NCBI GenBank assembly: GCA_009103225.1
Contig: RHPI01003169.1
Location: forward strand, 1 to 64,000
DNA: 64,000 nt
Source: Chlorokybus atmophyticus
Lineage: Eukaryota; Plantae; Mesostigma and Chlorokybus algae
Reading direction: 5' to 3'
Shown: piece by piece, positions 1 through 10,850 of the stretch
Layout of the letters: every line of letters begins with the position of its first letter
Position numbering within the stretch: the first letter of the stretch is position 1
Made by a program: the position numbers and the translations under genes
Notes under the pieces: generated by a model
Databases searched by the model: none
What the model saw: the letters and a program-made list of their open reading frames with translations, nothing else
Told to the model about the DNA's origin: nothing

Positions 1-392
1 AGATAGCAAAGCGTAATAGTGTGCAGGGATTTTGTTAGTGGCGCTATGAAGCCAATGTGGCGTTTTTTTCCATCATTTATAGAATTTGTGGCAATGTTAG
101 TCATAATTGCCAATGCTCAATCGCCACGTTGTGGCGTTGAAGAAACTACCAATTGCAGGGTGGCGCCACAAAGAGGCGTAAAAATAAACAATGAATGTCG
201 CGTGAGGTGCCACTGTGGCTCCATATTTTTAATCAAGGCATGCGAAATGCCACACAGTGCTGGGGGTAAGGGTTAGGTCCCCTAACCCAGCACCCGCGTT
301 TTGGCCCTAGGTCTCTATTAGTGACCCAACTTTAAGCACTAACTTAGGGATCTAACTAACCGCTGCAGCAGCACGTCAGTAACGTGCCGCTA

Positions 393-435
393 CAGTGCCA
401 CATGCAGTAACGTGACGTTACTGCATGTGGCACTG
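393..435. repeat. Perfect palindrome, 21-bp arms and 1-nt spacer
   Basis: CAGTGCCACATGCAGTAACGT-g-ACGTTACTGCATGTGGCACTG, read directly. Confidence 0.9.
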
Positions 436-608
436 CAACATTGATGAAACTGCCACAATTGGCACTATGTATGTCATGACATGTGCATGTCCGACACCAC
501 ACCGTGGCACGGGTATTTTTGTGGGTCAGGGTGCGACATTGGCTACTTGACAAAAAGCTTAGTAAAAACCCCGGTATTGTGACCCGATGGGGTAATATGT
601 AAGCTGAG

Positions 609-1129
609 TGTTGGAGTATATGACCAAATTCTGCCGTCTCCACACTCCAATCAGCAGTAGTCTGGCTAAATACTCAGTAGTTTTGTACTTAGCAATATAT
701 TGGAGTATAGGACATGGCTCTGCCGTCAGACTCCAATCAGCTTAGTCTGGCTAAGTACTCAGTAGATTTGTACTTAGCAGACTCCAGACCTGTCGAGTTT
801 CCACAAACGTCGAGTTTCCACAAACGTCGAGTTCTGACAGTCCTGGCAGCTTCAACCGTTTGGCGCTGTATTAGGAATTGGTATTGACAAAACTTAACTT
901 GTATGACTACTCGGTAGTTGGAAAGGTTATTTGGGTATAAGGGGACGCCCATACACATTTCTAACTTCTGGTTCACTTTTACGTGTGCTTGAGTCTGATG
1001 GCGGCAAGGCCTGATTCTGGCGTGGCCTAGACTGGGTTTAATCTGGCGGTCTGACCGGTCGTTCTGCTTGCACAGAGTGTTAAGGGTGTTGTGTTGTGTA
1101 TTCACGCCTAGATAGCTCACATCTCAACA
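609..1129 (+). repeat. Copia 5' LTR (~521 bp)
   Basis: Starts TGTTG (609) and ends CAACA (1129) directly before the PBS. Contains a ~90-bp internal duplication (611-694 / 700-779) and a 17-bp tandem GTCGAGTTTCCACAAAC (792-833). Confidence 0.7.
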
Positions 1130-1140
1130 GGTTATGGGAC
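1130..1140 (+). promoter_or_regulatory. Primer-binding site GGTTATGGGAC (half-tRNA-iMet type)
   Basis: Immediately follows the LTR end and is one mismatch from the GGTTATGGGCC PBS known from Drosophila copia-type elements. Confidence 0.7.
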
Positions 1141-1301
1141 CACATACGTTGGGTATTGAGCTGGTATAGGCATTTTGGCGGAACATTTACTTTGATAGTA
1201 GCTTTTTCCGAGTCTGTGCCATTCTGGTGAGACTGTGGTGGTCTGGGCGCCTGAAACTGCTTTTTCTGGCCTTATTTGGGCTTGTTTTAAGCAGGGGGGT
1301 G

Positions 1302-4215
1302 GTTATAAGGACCAGCTACAACAAGGTGGTAATTAAGCCGCTTGGAGTTGACAACTACAACACCTGGAGCAGCCGCATGAGGTGGTTGTTCAAGCACAAG
1401 AGCTTATGAGAGTTCGTGGACCCAGAGGAGGCAGACCCTCTACCCATAGGCCGGAGCGCTATTTGGAAGCAGAACTCTAGGAAAGCACTTGCACTCATTG
1501 GTTTGAACGTAAGGGACTTTTACTTGGTCACTTTTCTTGCTTTATTGCTAGGGAGGCTTGGGAGAAGTTATCGGACTCTTTTAAGGCCAAAAACAATGCC
1601 AGGCGTGTCCAGCTCAGGCGCGACCTGAATGCCTTGAAAAAGCAGTCCAGTGAGCTAGTTACCAAGTACATTTCATGAGCAAGAGAGCTCTGGAAAGACC
1701 TACTAGGCGTTGGCAGCGAGCTGAAAGAGTCTGAGGTGGTTTGGGCTATTCTTTCAGGTCCGCCAGACGACTTTGACACCTCAATCATGGTGCTGGAAGG
1801 TCTTGACTCTGACCCCACGTTGGATGAGATTATGCCAAGGTTGCTACAAGTTGAGCAAAGGCTGAAGAAGAAGGACGAGGCTTCAAATGCGGTGGCTTTT
1901 GCAGTGTCCAGATCTGGTGGTTCAATGTACAGCTCCAAACCTAAGTCATAAGGAGCCAGTTTTCCAAACCACAGCAGTTCTTCCAAGAAGAAGAAAGAGG
2001 TCAAGAAGTGCAGCTACTGCAAGATGCTAGGTCATTTGGAGTTGAAGTGTTGGCAAAAGCATGGCAGGCCTGAGGGTGTTAGAAAACAGGAGAAACCCGT
2101 GGCTTTTACTGCTGGTGCTTCAGTTTTTGACCAGAGCTGGGTTTTGAACTCTGGTGCCAACCGCCATATGACCTTTGACAAGTCTGCATTTATCTCCTTC
2201 AAACCCTGGTCAGACCCTTCAGTGTTGGATGCGCTGAGAAGGGAAGCGTGATGGGCGCTACCGACCAAGGGGATGTCATCCTTGATTGCCAAGTTGAGGG
2301 TTCAACAAGGCAAGTGCAGCTCAAGGATGTTCTTTATGTTCCAGCGCTTGCTGCAAGTTTATTTTCTGTCAAGGCTGCTGCACTTGCTGGTGGTAAGATT
2401 GAGTTTAAGGGGCGAAAGGCCTGCATTGTATTTGGGGGCATTAAGAGGCTGAAGGTTTTAGGTCAGGGAGGAGAGTTGTACTTGATTCAGGGCCAGACTT
2501 CAGTTCAGCATGTCTAGAAAGTTTAGGCACTTGTTGCAGCACCTTTAGAGTCTACTCATCTTTGGCACAGGAGGTCTGGGCATTTGGGCTTTGACAATCT
2601 GACGCGTTTGGTGAAAAAAGGCATGGTGGATGGCATTACTTCTAGTCCTGAAGACTTCTAGGCTGCGAAGACCACTTTGTGCGACCCTTGTGTTCTGCGG
2701 AAGCAGACCCGGCTGCCATCTTACTCTATTCGTGTGATTACGCGTTGCTTAGAGCTTGTCCACATGGATGTGTGCGTTCCCATGCCGGTGACATCATTTG
2801 GTGGAAACTTCAAGTATTTTGTCACATTCTTGAATGATTTCAACAAATTGTCCGTGGTCGTGCCTTTGGTGTTGAAGTCAGATGTTACCAAGGCAGTCGC
2901 AGAGGTTTTCCAGCTGATTGAGACCCAGACTAGTCTGAAAGTTACTTCAGTCCGCTCAGATTGTGGTGGCGAGTTTGTCAACAACAACTCGAGGGACTAC
3001 TTCAAAGAAGGGCATTCGGCATGAGACTACAGCACCATATACTCCAAAACAAAACGGCAAGGCGGATAGGCTCAACCGCACGCTCTTGGAGAAGGTTAGG
3101 TCCATGCTCATTGATGCCAAGATGGAGGACTGCATGTGGCGTAAGGCTTTGCTTGCTGCAAACTTTGTTCGCAACCGCTCTCCCGTGCATTCTCAAGCCA
3201 AGACTCCGTGGGAGCTATTCACAGGTGTGAGGCCCGATGTTAGCATGCTAAGAGTCTTCGTTTCTGCTGCCTTTGTCCATGTACCCAAGCAGCAACGACA
3301 CAAGTTGGCTGAAGTCAGTAGGCGCGGAGTGTTTGTGGGTTATGAGACTGGTTCAAAGGCGTGGAGGGTTTTGCTGCATGAAACCCGCAAGGTTGTGGTG
3401 AGTCGTGATGTGACTTTTGCTGAGGGAGGAGTAGGAGCTGGAGTTTTGGGCGTTGACATCACTTTGGATGCCGTTGAGCCTTTACAACCAGCAGTTCCAG
3501 TTGTTTTAGAGCATGTTTCTGCAGTTCCAAAACAGGTCTTGAGTTTTTCAGGCCGTGTTACTCCAGATCCAGGCAGCAAAAGCCCTTCAACTCCTGACAC
3601 CATTCAAACCCAACACCAGCAACAGCCAGGGAGGCAGCACCCTTAGCGTGAGAGGCAGAAACCTGATTGGTTTCACAACAAAGCTTATGCGGTGTTTGAT
3701 GCACTGCAAGGTCTAAAGGTGCCCAGTACTTATGAGCAGGCTCTTCAAGGTCCAGATGCAAACCTTTGACAAAAGGCTATGGATGAGGAGATTGCGTCCT
3801 TGCTTGCCAACCAGACCTGGAGGCTGGAGACTGTTCCGGCCGACGTGAAACCCTTTCCGGTAAAATGGGTTTACAAGATCAAGAAAGACGGCCAAGGCAA
3901 CATTGAGCGCTACAAGGCGAGACTTGTCGCAAGGGCATTCGGCATAAGACTACAACTTTTCGGACTTTGCTGGCTTTGATGGTCGCCCAGGACTTTGAGC
4001 TGCATCATCTTGATGTGAAGACCGCGTTCCTCTACGGCGAGCTTGAAGAGGACATTTATGTGCAACAACCCAAGGGCTACCATAAGGGACGTCATGATGT
4101 GGCTTGTAAGCTTGTGAAGGCCTTGTATGGTCTGAAACAGGCGCCCAGGGTCTGGCACATCCGCTTGAGCACAAAGCTTGATATTCTGGGCTTTGTTCCC
4201 AGCACTGCAAGACCA
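1302..4215 (+). pseudogene. Copia gag-pol, disrupted
   Basis: Gag N-terminus LGVDNYNTWSSRMRWLFKHKSL*; UBN2-like WAILSGPPDDFD; zinc knuckle CSYCKMLGHLELKC; protease WVLNSGANRHMT (D>N); pre-integrase HLWHRRSGHLG; integrase LVHMDVC..VRSDCGGEF..QNGKADRLNRTL; RT KWVYKIKKD..YKARLVA..LDVKTAFLYG..LYGLKQAPR. Confidence 0.9.
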
Positions 4216-4887
4216 GGACTTTTAAAATCCGTTTCGAGCTTCATGCACGCGCTCGCTGGTATGTGGAGAGAAGTTTTGATACATGCCAATCACACTTTCC
4301 CATTTTGCTTGCGCTCTTATAGCGGACCCCGACCTCCTGTTGTTAACAATGAGTTTGCGATGTTTGAGCAAATATCACAACGGCGGTTGTACACACCTGC
4401 AAGTATTCATATTAGCACAAGTGTGTGTGCTTGATGTGCTTTGTAGTTATGCTAGCAAACGAACTCCAGCTTGAATGCGTCTGCCATGCAGCGCTCTGCG
4501 AGATCCCAAACAAGCGAATTTTTGGACATTGCTTTGCTGGTAATTGTACAACCGCACTCAACGCAAACAGCTGAACCATAGTCACCACCTGCAGTCAGTG
4601 CGACTGAACAACAATGGGATGATAGTGATGTTTGAGTGATCTGTGCACTCCATGCAGCTTGGGCAAGCTTTATATGCAATGACAATCAGCAAGGAGACTC
4701 TCATTGCATACCCACAATTGTGCATACTTCCACAAGCATCCCCTACGGTAAATGTTAATGTTACTTTGATCGAAATTCAACAACCCTCTACAGCCCTGTC
4801 AAGCACCTGTACCGTCTGTCACGAGCTTGATCGGCACGGGTACCCTGCACACAAAGGCAGTGGGTATCATGTGTAGTGCTAGTGAGT

Positions 4888-7800
4888 TTATATACGCGGA
4901 AAACATTAGTGTATGCATTCCATTGCTTTGTGAGTGTGCGTGCACGCCTCTGTGTGTACAAATGCATGCACGTGTGCCAGAGACCGTGTTGCTGACGCAG
5001 TAGGTACAACGGAATCCGTATGGTGTTGCAGACGAACAGAATACTGTCGCGGCGCCGTGCTATCCATAAGATTGACATATCCAATAGTGACCTGAGAATG
5101 CAGCTGGTAAGTAAGCAACTTATCACAACCGTGTGCACGCACACCCTCACTTATGCACCATGCACAAATACATGCATGCACTAGCCTGCTCTTCAGGTTC
5201 AATAGCTTGTACAGCGCGCATGGTGGCCAACAGCCCTTTATACGTCACAGCGGCAGATGGATCACAGCTGCACAGGCACAAGCGTGTCACCACTGGCAAC
5301 AAAGCAAGGGCACATGCACTTGGCCGTTCACAGCAAGTACTCCAGCCCTTGTGCTTGGACGCGCTTATAGTTGCATTTGGCAACTTGTATCCGTGCGTGT
5401 GCCTTTGCGTGGGGTGCATGCAACAGTTGGGGATTACATAGGCGTGTGCTCACCTGTGGTTGATGCGACCAGCTGCTGGGTAGATGCCAGTGCCATATTC
5501 TTCATCTAAAGGGTCTTTGATATCTTGAACGTCGCTCAACAGCAGATACAACAGGTTTCTGTCATTGACAAGGTGCGAGGGGACGGCAATTGGGAGCTGA
5601 CAGATTGCCATAAACTTTTGCACAGTGTTTGCCACTTGCTCCGTCCACTTCCATCGCTTGTCGTTTTCAAAGGTAACATGTCGATCTGCCGAAGCTTGTC
5701 AAAGGCCACACATAATGTTTGTGTTGGGGTGTGTGTGTGGTAGGGCGCGCTGGGGAAGGGTGAGGGTGGGGTTTTCACATGTGCGAGTGGATGCGCACGT
5801 GCCTGGAAGTGTGAGGGTCTGTGTAATGACATGTGCAGTGCGTTTGTGCACAAGCGTACGTGTGCATCTGAGTTATCGCATGAGCAAATTGATTGAGGAA
5901 ACAATAACGAAGCATGGCAATCCTGCTGTTCAAGACCGTTAAATGTTATGCCATGCAAGATACGGCTGTTGAGTGACTCCATCAAAGCCCAATTGCAATC
6001 TGGCTGAGCCATCATCACCTGCAATAATGTTGCTCAGTGCGTTCTCCCCACTTGCTGTACGTAGTGTGCACACGTGCACGCATACAAACACGCACCAGCA
6101 AAAGCGCGCACAAGCATACAACGCAGCTGTAGACATGTGCGTGGCACACTCGTCTCAGTAAATACTTGCCAGCAGTTGCAGCTGTGACTGAGAACATGTA
6201 CACGCAAAATGCAAGACGCTGTTATCCCCGTACCCCGTCTTGTTCAAAATGGCAAGTCAGCAACGCCCGTACAACAAGGCGTGCCCACGAGGTTCAACGC
6301 ATATTTGCGGCTGCAAAAATAGAATCACTCACTCAACAAGAGAAATTGTGCACGTTGTGTAGCGTACGTGACGTGCCAGCGGCAAAGCTGCCCAACATAT
6401 ACTGAAAAGCGCTGATGAACTCAAGCACTACCACCTGGAGCCAACGGACGTGTGCAGCCACTTGTGCAGCGCTTTGCACTTTAACTTGTGTAGTGGCAAA
6501 ACAGATGCCTGCAGCAGGTTGTTGTAAGGTGTGTGTCAACAGCAAAACCATTGATACTTGCAAACAATTACCTCACTCGCTCACTCGCACGCAAGCACGT
6601 GTGCACATGAATAAGACTTGCACGCCAAGCATGCGCATACATGCACACGCACACCTGGCACTCGAATGAGCAATAGTAGGTGATTCTGCACTTGCCGCAG
6701 CGCTGATGTTTCTCTCCAGTACCAGCATGTCCATTACGCGCAATATTGTGCAGAAGCAACTCAACCTTAATGCGTCCGCGCTTGCCGCAGCGGTTCTCAG
6801 GTTTATTTGACAATGCTTGCGAGCGCGCATGCGAGATGGTATCACCTGCGTGCATGTGAGTTTTGAGGGAGGGCAACTGGGGGGCAGGGGGGGCAGGGGG
6901 GGATGCACGCGTGTGTAAACAGCTCCTGTTGAAGCCGCACAGCTGAGTTAAGATTGGTTAGTCAATGGTCTGAGTTGCATGGGTTCAACAGTTGAGCATA
7001 CAGCCACAGTGTCCATCATGACGCTTGCAAGGACTTGTATACGCGCATTTGCCCCCCTCCCCCCGTTCTCCCGTCTTCATATACGCGCGGACATGCACAC
7101 GCGCCACGTAAGGGAGCGATTTGCAGCGGCGGGCTGCATGCTGCCTACCGTCAGCCTGCCTCTTGCTCTGGTCTTCATCACCAATCATGCCATGTGCGGT
7201 GTTGGCAAGTTTGCCGCAGCCGTCGCAGCGCACTCGCTGCTGGTGCAGCTGTATGAGGTCGGCGTATCCAAACTGAGTGAACAACGTCTCACCTGCGAAA
7301 GTGTTGCATGCAATTGTTTGAACACAAACAGTAAATGAAACTTGCGCTTTGCGAGAAGATTGTTGCAAACCGGTCTCGCAAGTCGCAACACTAGCAAACA
7401 TAGCAACCGCAGCCTCAACAAGCGCCGCAGCAGCATCCACGTAATTGTGAGGTAGCGTGCATGAGTGTTTGTTCTGTTTCCAGTTTGTACAAGCGGGATA
7501 GTGCTGCCGCTGCTGTTGGTACCGAACCAGCAGCAATTGCTGCTGTTGTTGCCAAACAGCTACGAACGTTCACGAGCAATGCAGCAGTAGCAGCAGCAGC
7601 AGCAGCGATGATAGCCTAGCATGTTTAGTAGCAACTCCAACAGCACCAGCAGCACAAGCACTCAGAGTTACCATACTACCTCACACAATAAAAGCTACAG
7701 CAGTAGCAGCAAACCGCCACCACAGCTGCTAGCTCATCCTGAGCTGCCTGTGCGAACAGATGACCGCAAACAGCACCAACTCTGCTTGGTATGCAGCGCT

Positions 7801-8606
7801 AGCCTGGTAGACTATATCGTGTACGGATTGCATCTGCTCTACAGTGCCACCATGCAACGGGGAGTGCTGCCTGTAGGGTGCCACACTGCAAGGCTTGCAC
7901 AGTGCCAGAGCAGCGGCTGCTGCATAGCGCAGCTGTACGGTTCAGCTGCGCTATGCAGCACCTGCTCTTCAGTGTCAGCACGCGAGGAGGAGTGCTGCCG
8001 GTAGGGTGTGCGAGAGCTATTGCATTCGTACAATTGTGCTATGCTGCAGAACTGCTGCATGTGTACACGCTACATACATCAGCAGTTCTGCAGTCAAGCT
8101 CAATGAGCACTGCCGGCAGCAGCTGTCGTGTCACGTAGCATTGCAATGAGAGGATGTGCAAATGCAGCAATTAACTATTGGCAGGATGCCCAAGCATGCT
8201 TGCTTCTGACGTAGGTTGTGACCATCTACTTTCTTCAAGGAGTTGAACAGCAAGGACCCTCATGCATGGGCCCATGCACCCTGCCTTCGCCAGGCAGCTA
8301 CAAAGCATTGACGAAACCAGCTAAAACCAGCTGAAACCAACATGTCATTCAAACAGCATTCGTTTATACTTTGGCTGGCTGGTGTTTGAGCTTGACCAAT
8401 ACAACAATCTCCCATTCCCCCCTCTCCTTCCGCCTGGGGAGTCTCGCCCATGCAACCCTCTGCAGAACCCACTTCTCACCAGCGGCAAAGCGCCTGCTCG
8501 CCAGCATTCCTCTCCTAGGCTTGTCCTCCGCCTCCTTCTCAGACAGCTGTAGTTCCTTGTCGCCCAGCCAGGCCTGAAGCTGTAGCTTCACCTCCGCCAC
8601 CGCCAT
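4888..8606 (-). CDS. SMYD-family SET+MYND lysine methyltransferase-like gene, multi-exon, possibly pseudogenised; 3' end approximate
   Basis: ATG at 8606. Spliced motifs: RRGMLASRRFAAG|ETL (SET-N), RCDGC, RCGKCRITYYCSFECQ|ASVLPLHKLKC (MYND), GTGIYPAAGRINHS|CDPS, MRAVQAIEPEEQ|VTIGY, and post-SET-like YGFRCTYC reached only through a frameshift near 5026. Confidence 0.7.
7918..7960. repeat. Intronic hairpin, 18-bp perfect arms and 7-nt loop
   Basis: TGCTGCATAGCGCAGCTG-tacggtt-CAGCTGCGCTATGCAGCA. The stem extends with AGAGCAG/CTGCTCT after a bulge. Confidence 0.85.
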
Positions 8607-8608
8607 GG

Positions 8609-8646
8609 TGTGGGTGTGGGTGTGGGTGTGGGTGTGGGTGTGGGTG
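8609..8646. repeat. (TGTGGG)n microsatellite directly upstream of the SMYD-like ATG
   Basis: About 6 tandem copies read directly. Confidence 0.9.
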
Positions 8647-10850
8647 GTGTTACAGCTGAATGGCGGGGGAAAGGGCTCTCAATATATACGGCTCTGTTAC
8701 AGAGCCTCTGTACACACAGGCGTCACGCGTGACACATCACGCTGACTCAGTTCCCACGAGGAATGCATGCGAGTAGTTTGTTTTGCGCGTGTTGCATCAT
8801 GCATGAAAATACCCTCCATCCATACATTGCCAACAATTACCACCAGGAAGGACGTGTTCTTCTAATGCGATGTAATGTTAACCTTTGTTAGCCACTATGC
8901 ACAGAAAGCTAATAACTTATTGACCACATAAAGTATGCTGTACACTAAAGTACTATTAAAAATTGCGACAGCATGTCGCAAGTTTTATTGCGACATGCTG
9001 ACACACCCTCTGTGTGCATTGCATTTGTAACATAAAAGGATGGGCCTACGTTGCCATATGTGTTGAAGAATTGGAGGATGTGTGGGCTTTAAGTAAGCAA
9101 TGTGTACCACATATATTATAATATTTTAATGGCAGCAAATTCCCTTTCATTAAGGGAAGTTGCTGTCATGCGAGTATTGCATCGGTAATTACCAGCTGGT
9201 TATGAAGTTGACAACACGCCACGTGTAGTTAAAGGGCGCTAAGTTAGATTACAATTTGAGAGAAGCAGACGATTTCAGCGCACTGTGAGTCAATCTCATT
9301 GCATTTTGTAGCAGTGCGGGGCTTCGAGTACAACCAAGCATGCATATATTGATGGCACATCATTACCATTTGCAGCATAAAATGTTACCTGTCGAACATA
9401 GCTAGCAGCCGCTCTCGCTGACTACTGTCGTTGTTGATAGTAATGACACCCATGCAGCCCAAGCCCACTTTGTTGCTACAAGTGAACTGTGGCTTCATGT
9501 GGGTGTATGAGCTAGCCAACACCGGAGCGCAATCCGCGTGGACTCGCTGTTGCCTGAATTACTGCAGAGCGGGCTCTACGTAATTGCATGTGACTGCATT
9601 TATCCAATAGGCTGTGCCACACATGCGCAACCATTCGGATGCACATGCACACCGAAAGCGGGCTCGCAAGTCAAGTATATAATCATGTACACATGAGGGC
9701 TGAACAAAGGCTTGCATGTGTGACTGCAGGTGCGTGTTAGCCAATTGGCCACAACGTAAACCGCGTCGACTTACATCTTGTTCCACAACCATGGCAGTCA
9801 CCACAGCGCTGATGCCAGCTGTCCGCCAAGACACCGACCAACCTGCACCGCAACACCACACTCGCACCAGCTTTCCCGCGCAACTGCTGCTTGCGTACCG
9901 TTACGAATCGCTACGTACCACATCGCTGCCCGGCCGCGCCAGACGCTAATCTGCAGCAGTGCGCAAGCCTGTTCTGCACCACGCTGGTCTGCTGTGCTGC
10001 CAAGCTTGCGCATGTGGTTGACGGCGGCGGCGGCGGCGGCAGGGGCGGGTGCCGGGGGAAGAATTACAAATTGGCTGAGCTGGATATACTAACTTGATGT
10101 GCTTGAGCTTGCGGACACTGCGCTGAGGACAGGCTTTGCTCCAATGGGCGCAGGCTGTAAGCTGTTTATTAGCATGAGATTTACTTCGTGCTCACAACAA
10201 TGGTTGCTTCGCACCACGTCCTTTGTGTGCATGGGTGGCTTCGTCTATGCATCTAGTATGGCGCAGTGTAAACAGCCTGCTGGTCAATCTACATGCTTGA
10301 CAAGCATGTGGGCTTGCAACTGCCGTGCAAGGCCGCTGGCAACTGTCATCTTGCATGTAAGCCGTGTTGTAAATCGTGCAGCGAGATTATGTCCCCTGAC
10401 CCAAGCTCTTGCTGCGGATACGCCACATTGCGCGAATTTGTCTCAGCACAGAAATCTGCGCCTTAAGGAGTATCTAGAGGGCATTTTTGGGCATTCACAA
10501 GTTCGCAAATTCTTGAGAACACCTTGGTAGCAACTAAGCTTGCGATCTCACCCTGCACCCTTCTTCTGTTTCAACCCGAGAGATCAGGGTGGTCAACGAT
10601 GTCTTGAATATGCACGTTTTCATGCAATGCCACCCTGATCATGCTTGCGCAACACATGCATGGCAGCAGCAGTGTTGTAGTTGGGCTGTCGCCTACCGTC
10701 ATTTCGCAATCCCCCCCCTCCCCGCCCCTGCTCCTACTCTCCCCTTGGAGCACCAGAAAGCATGCATGCTAGGAGCGTTTCAAGTCACCATAACCGCCAA
10801 GCTCATACATCGCATCAGTGTTGAGTAGATAGCTGTGAGTGCTCAGATTT

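Larger units (their letters stand above)
609..4215 (+). mobile_element. Ty1/copia LTR retrotransposon, degenerate and 3'-truncated (no RNase H or 3' LTR seen)
   Basis: 5' LTR TGTTG..CAACA, PBS, then gag-protease-integrase-RT in copia order with stops and frameshifts. Homology is lost mid-RT near 4215. Confidence 0.9.

Noticed and set aside
264-360. Telomere-like GGGTTAGG/CCCTAACC/TTAGGG words
   Set aside because: Isolated and not tandem; no telomeric array.
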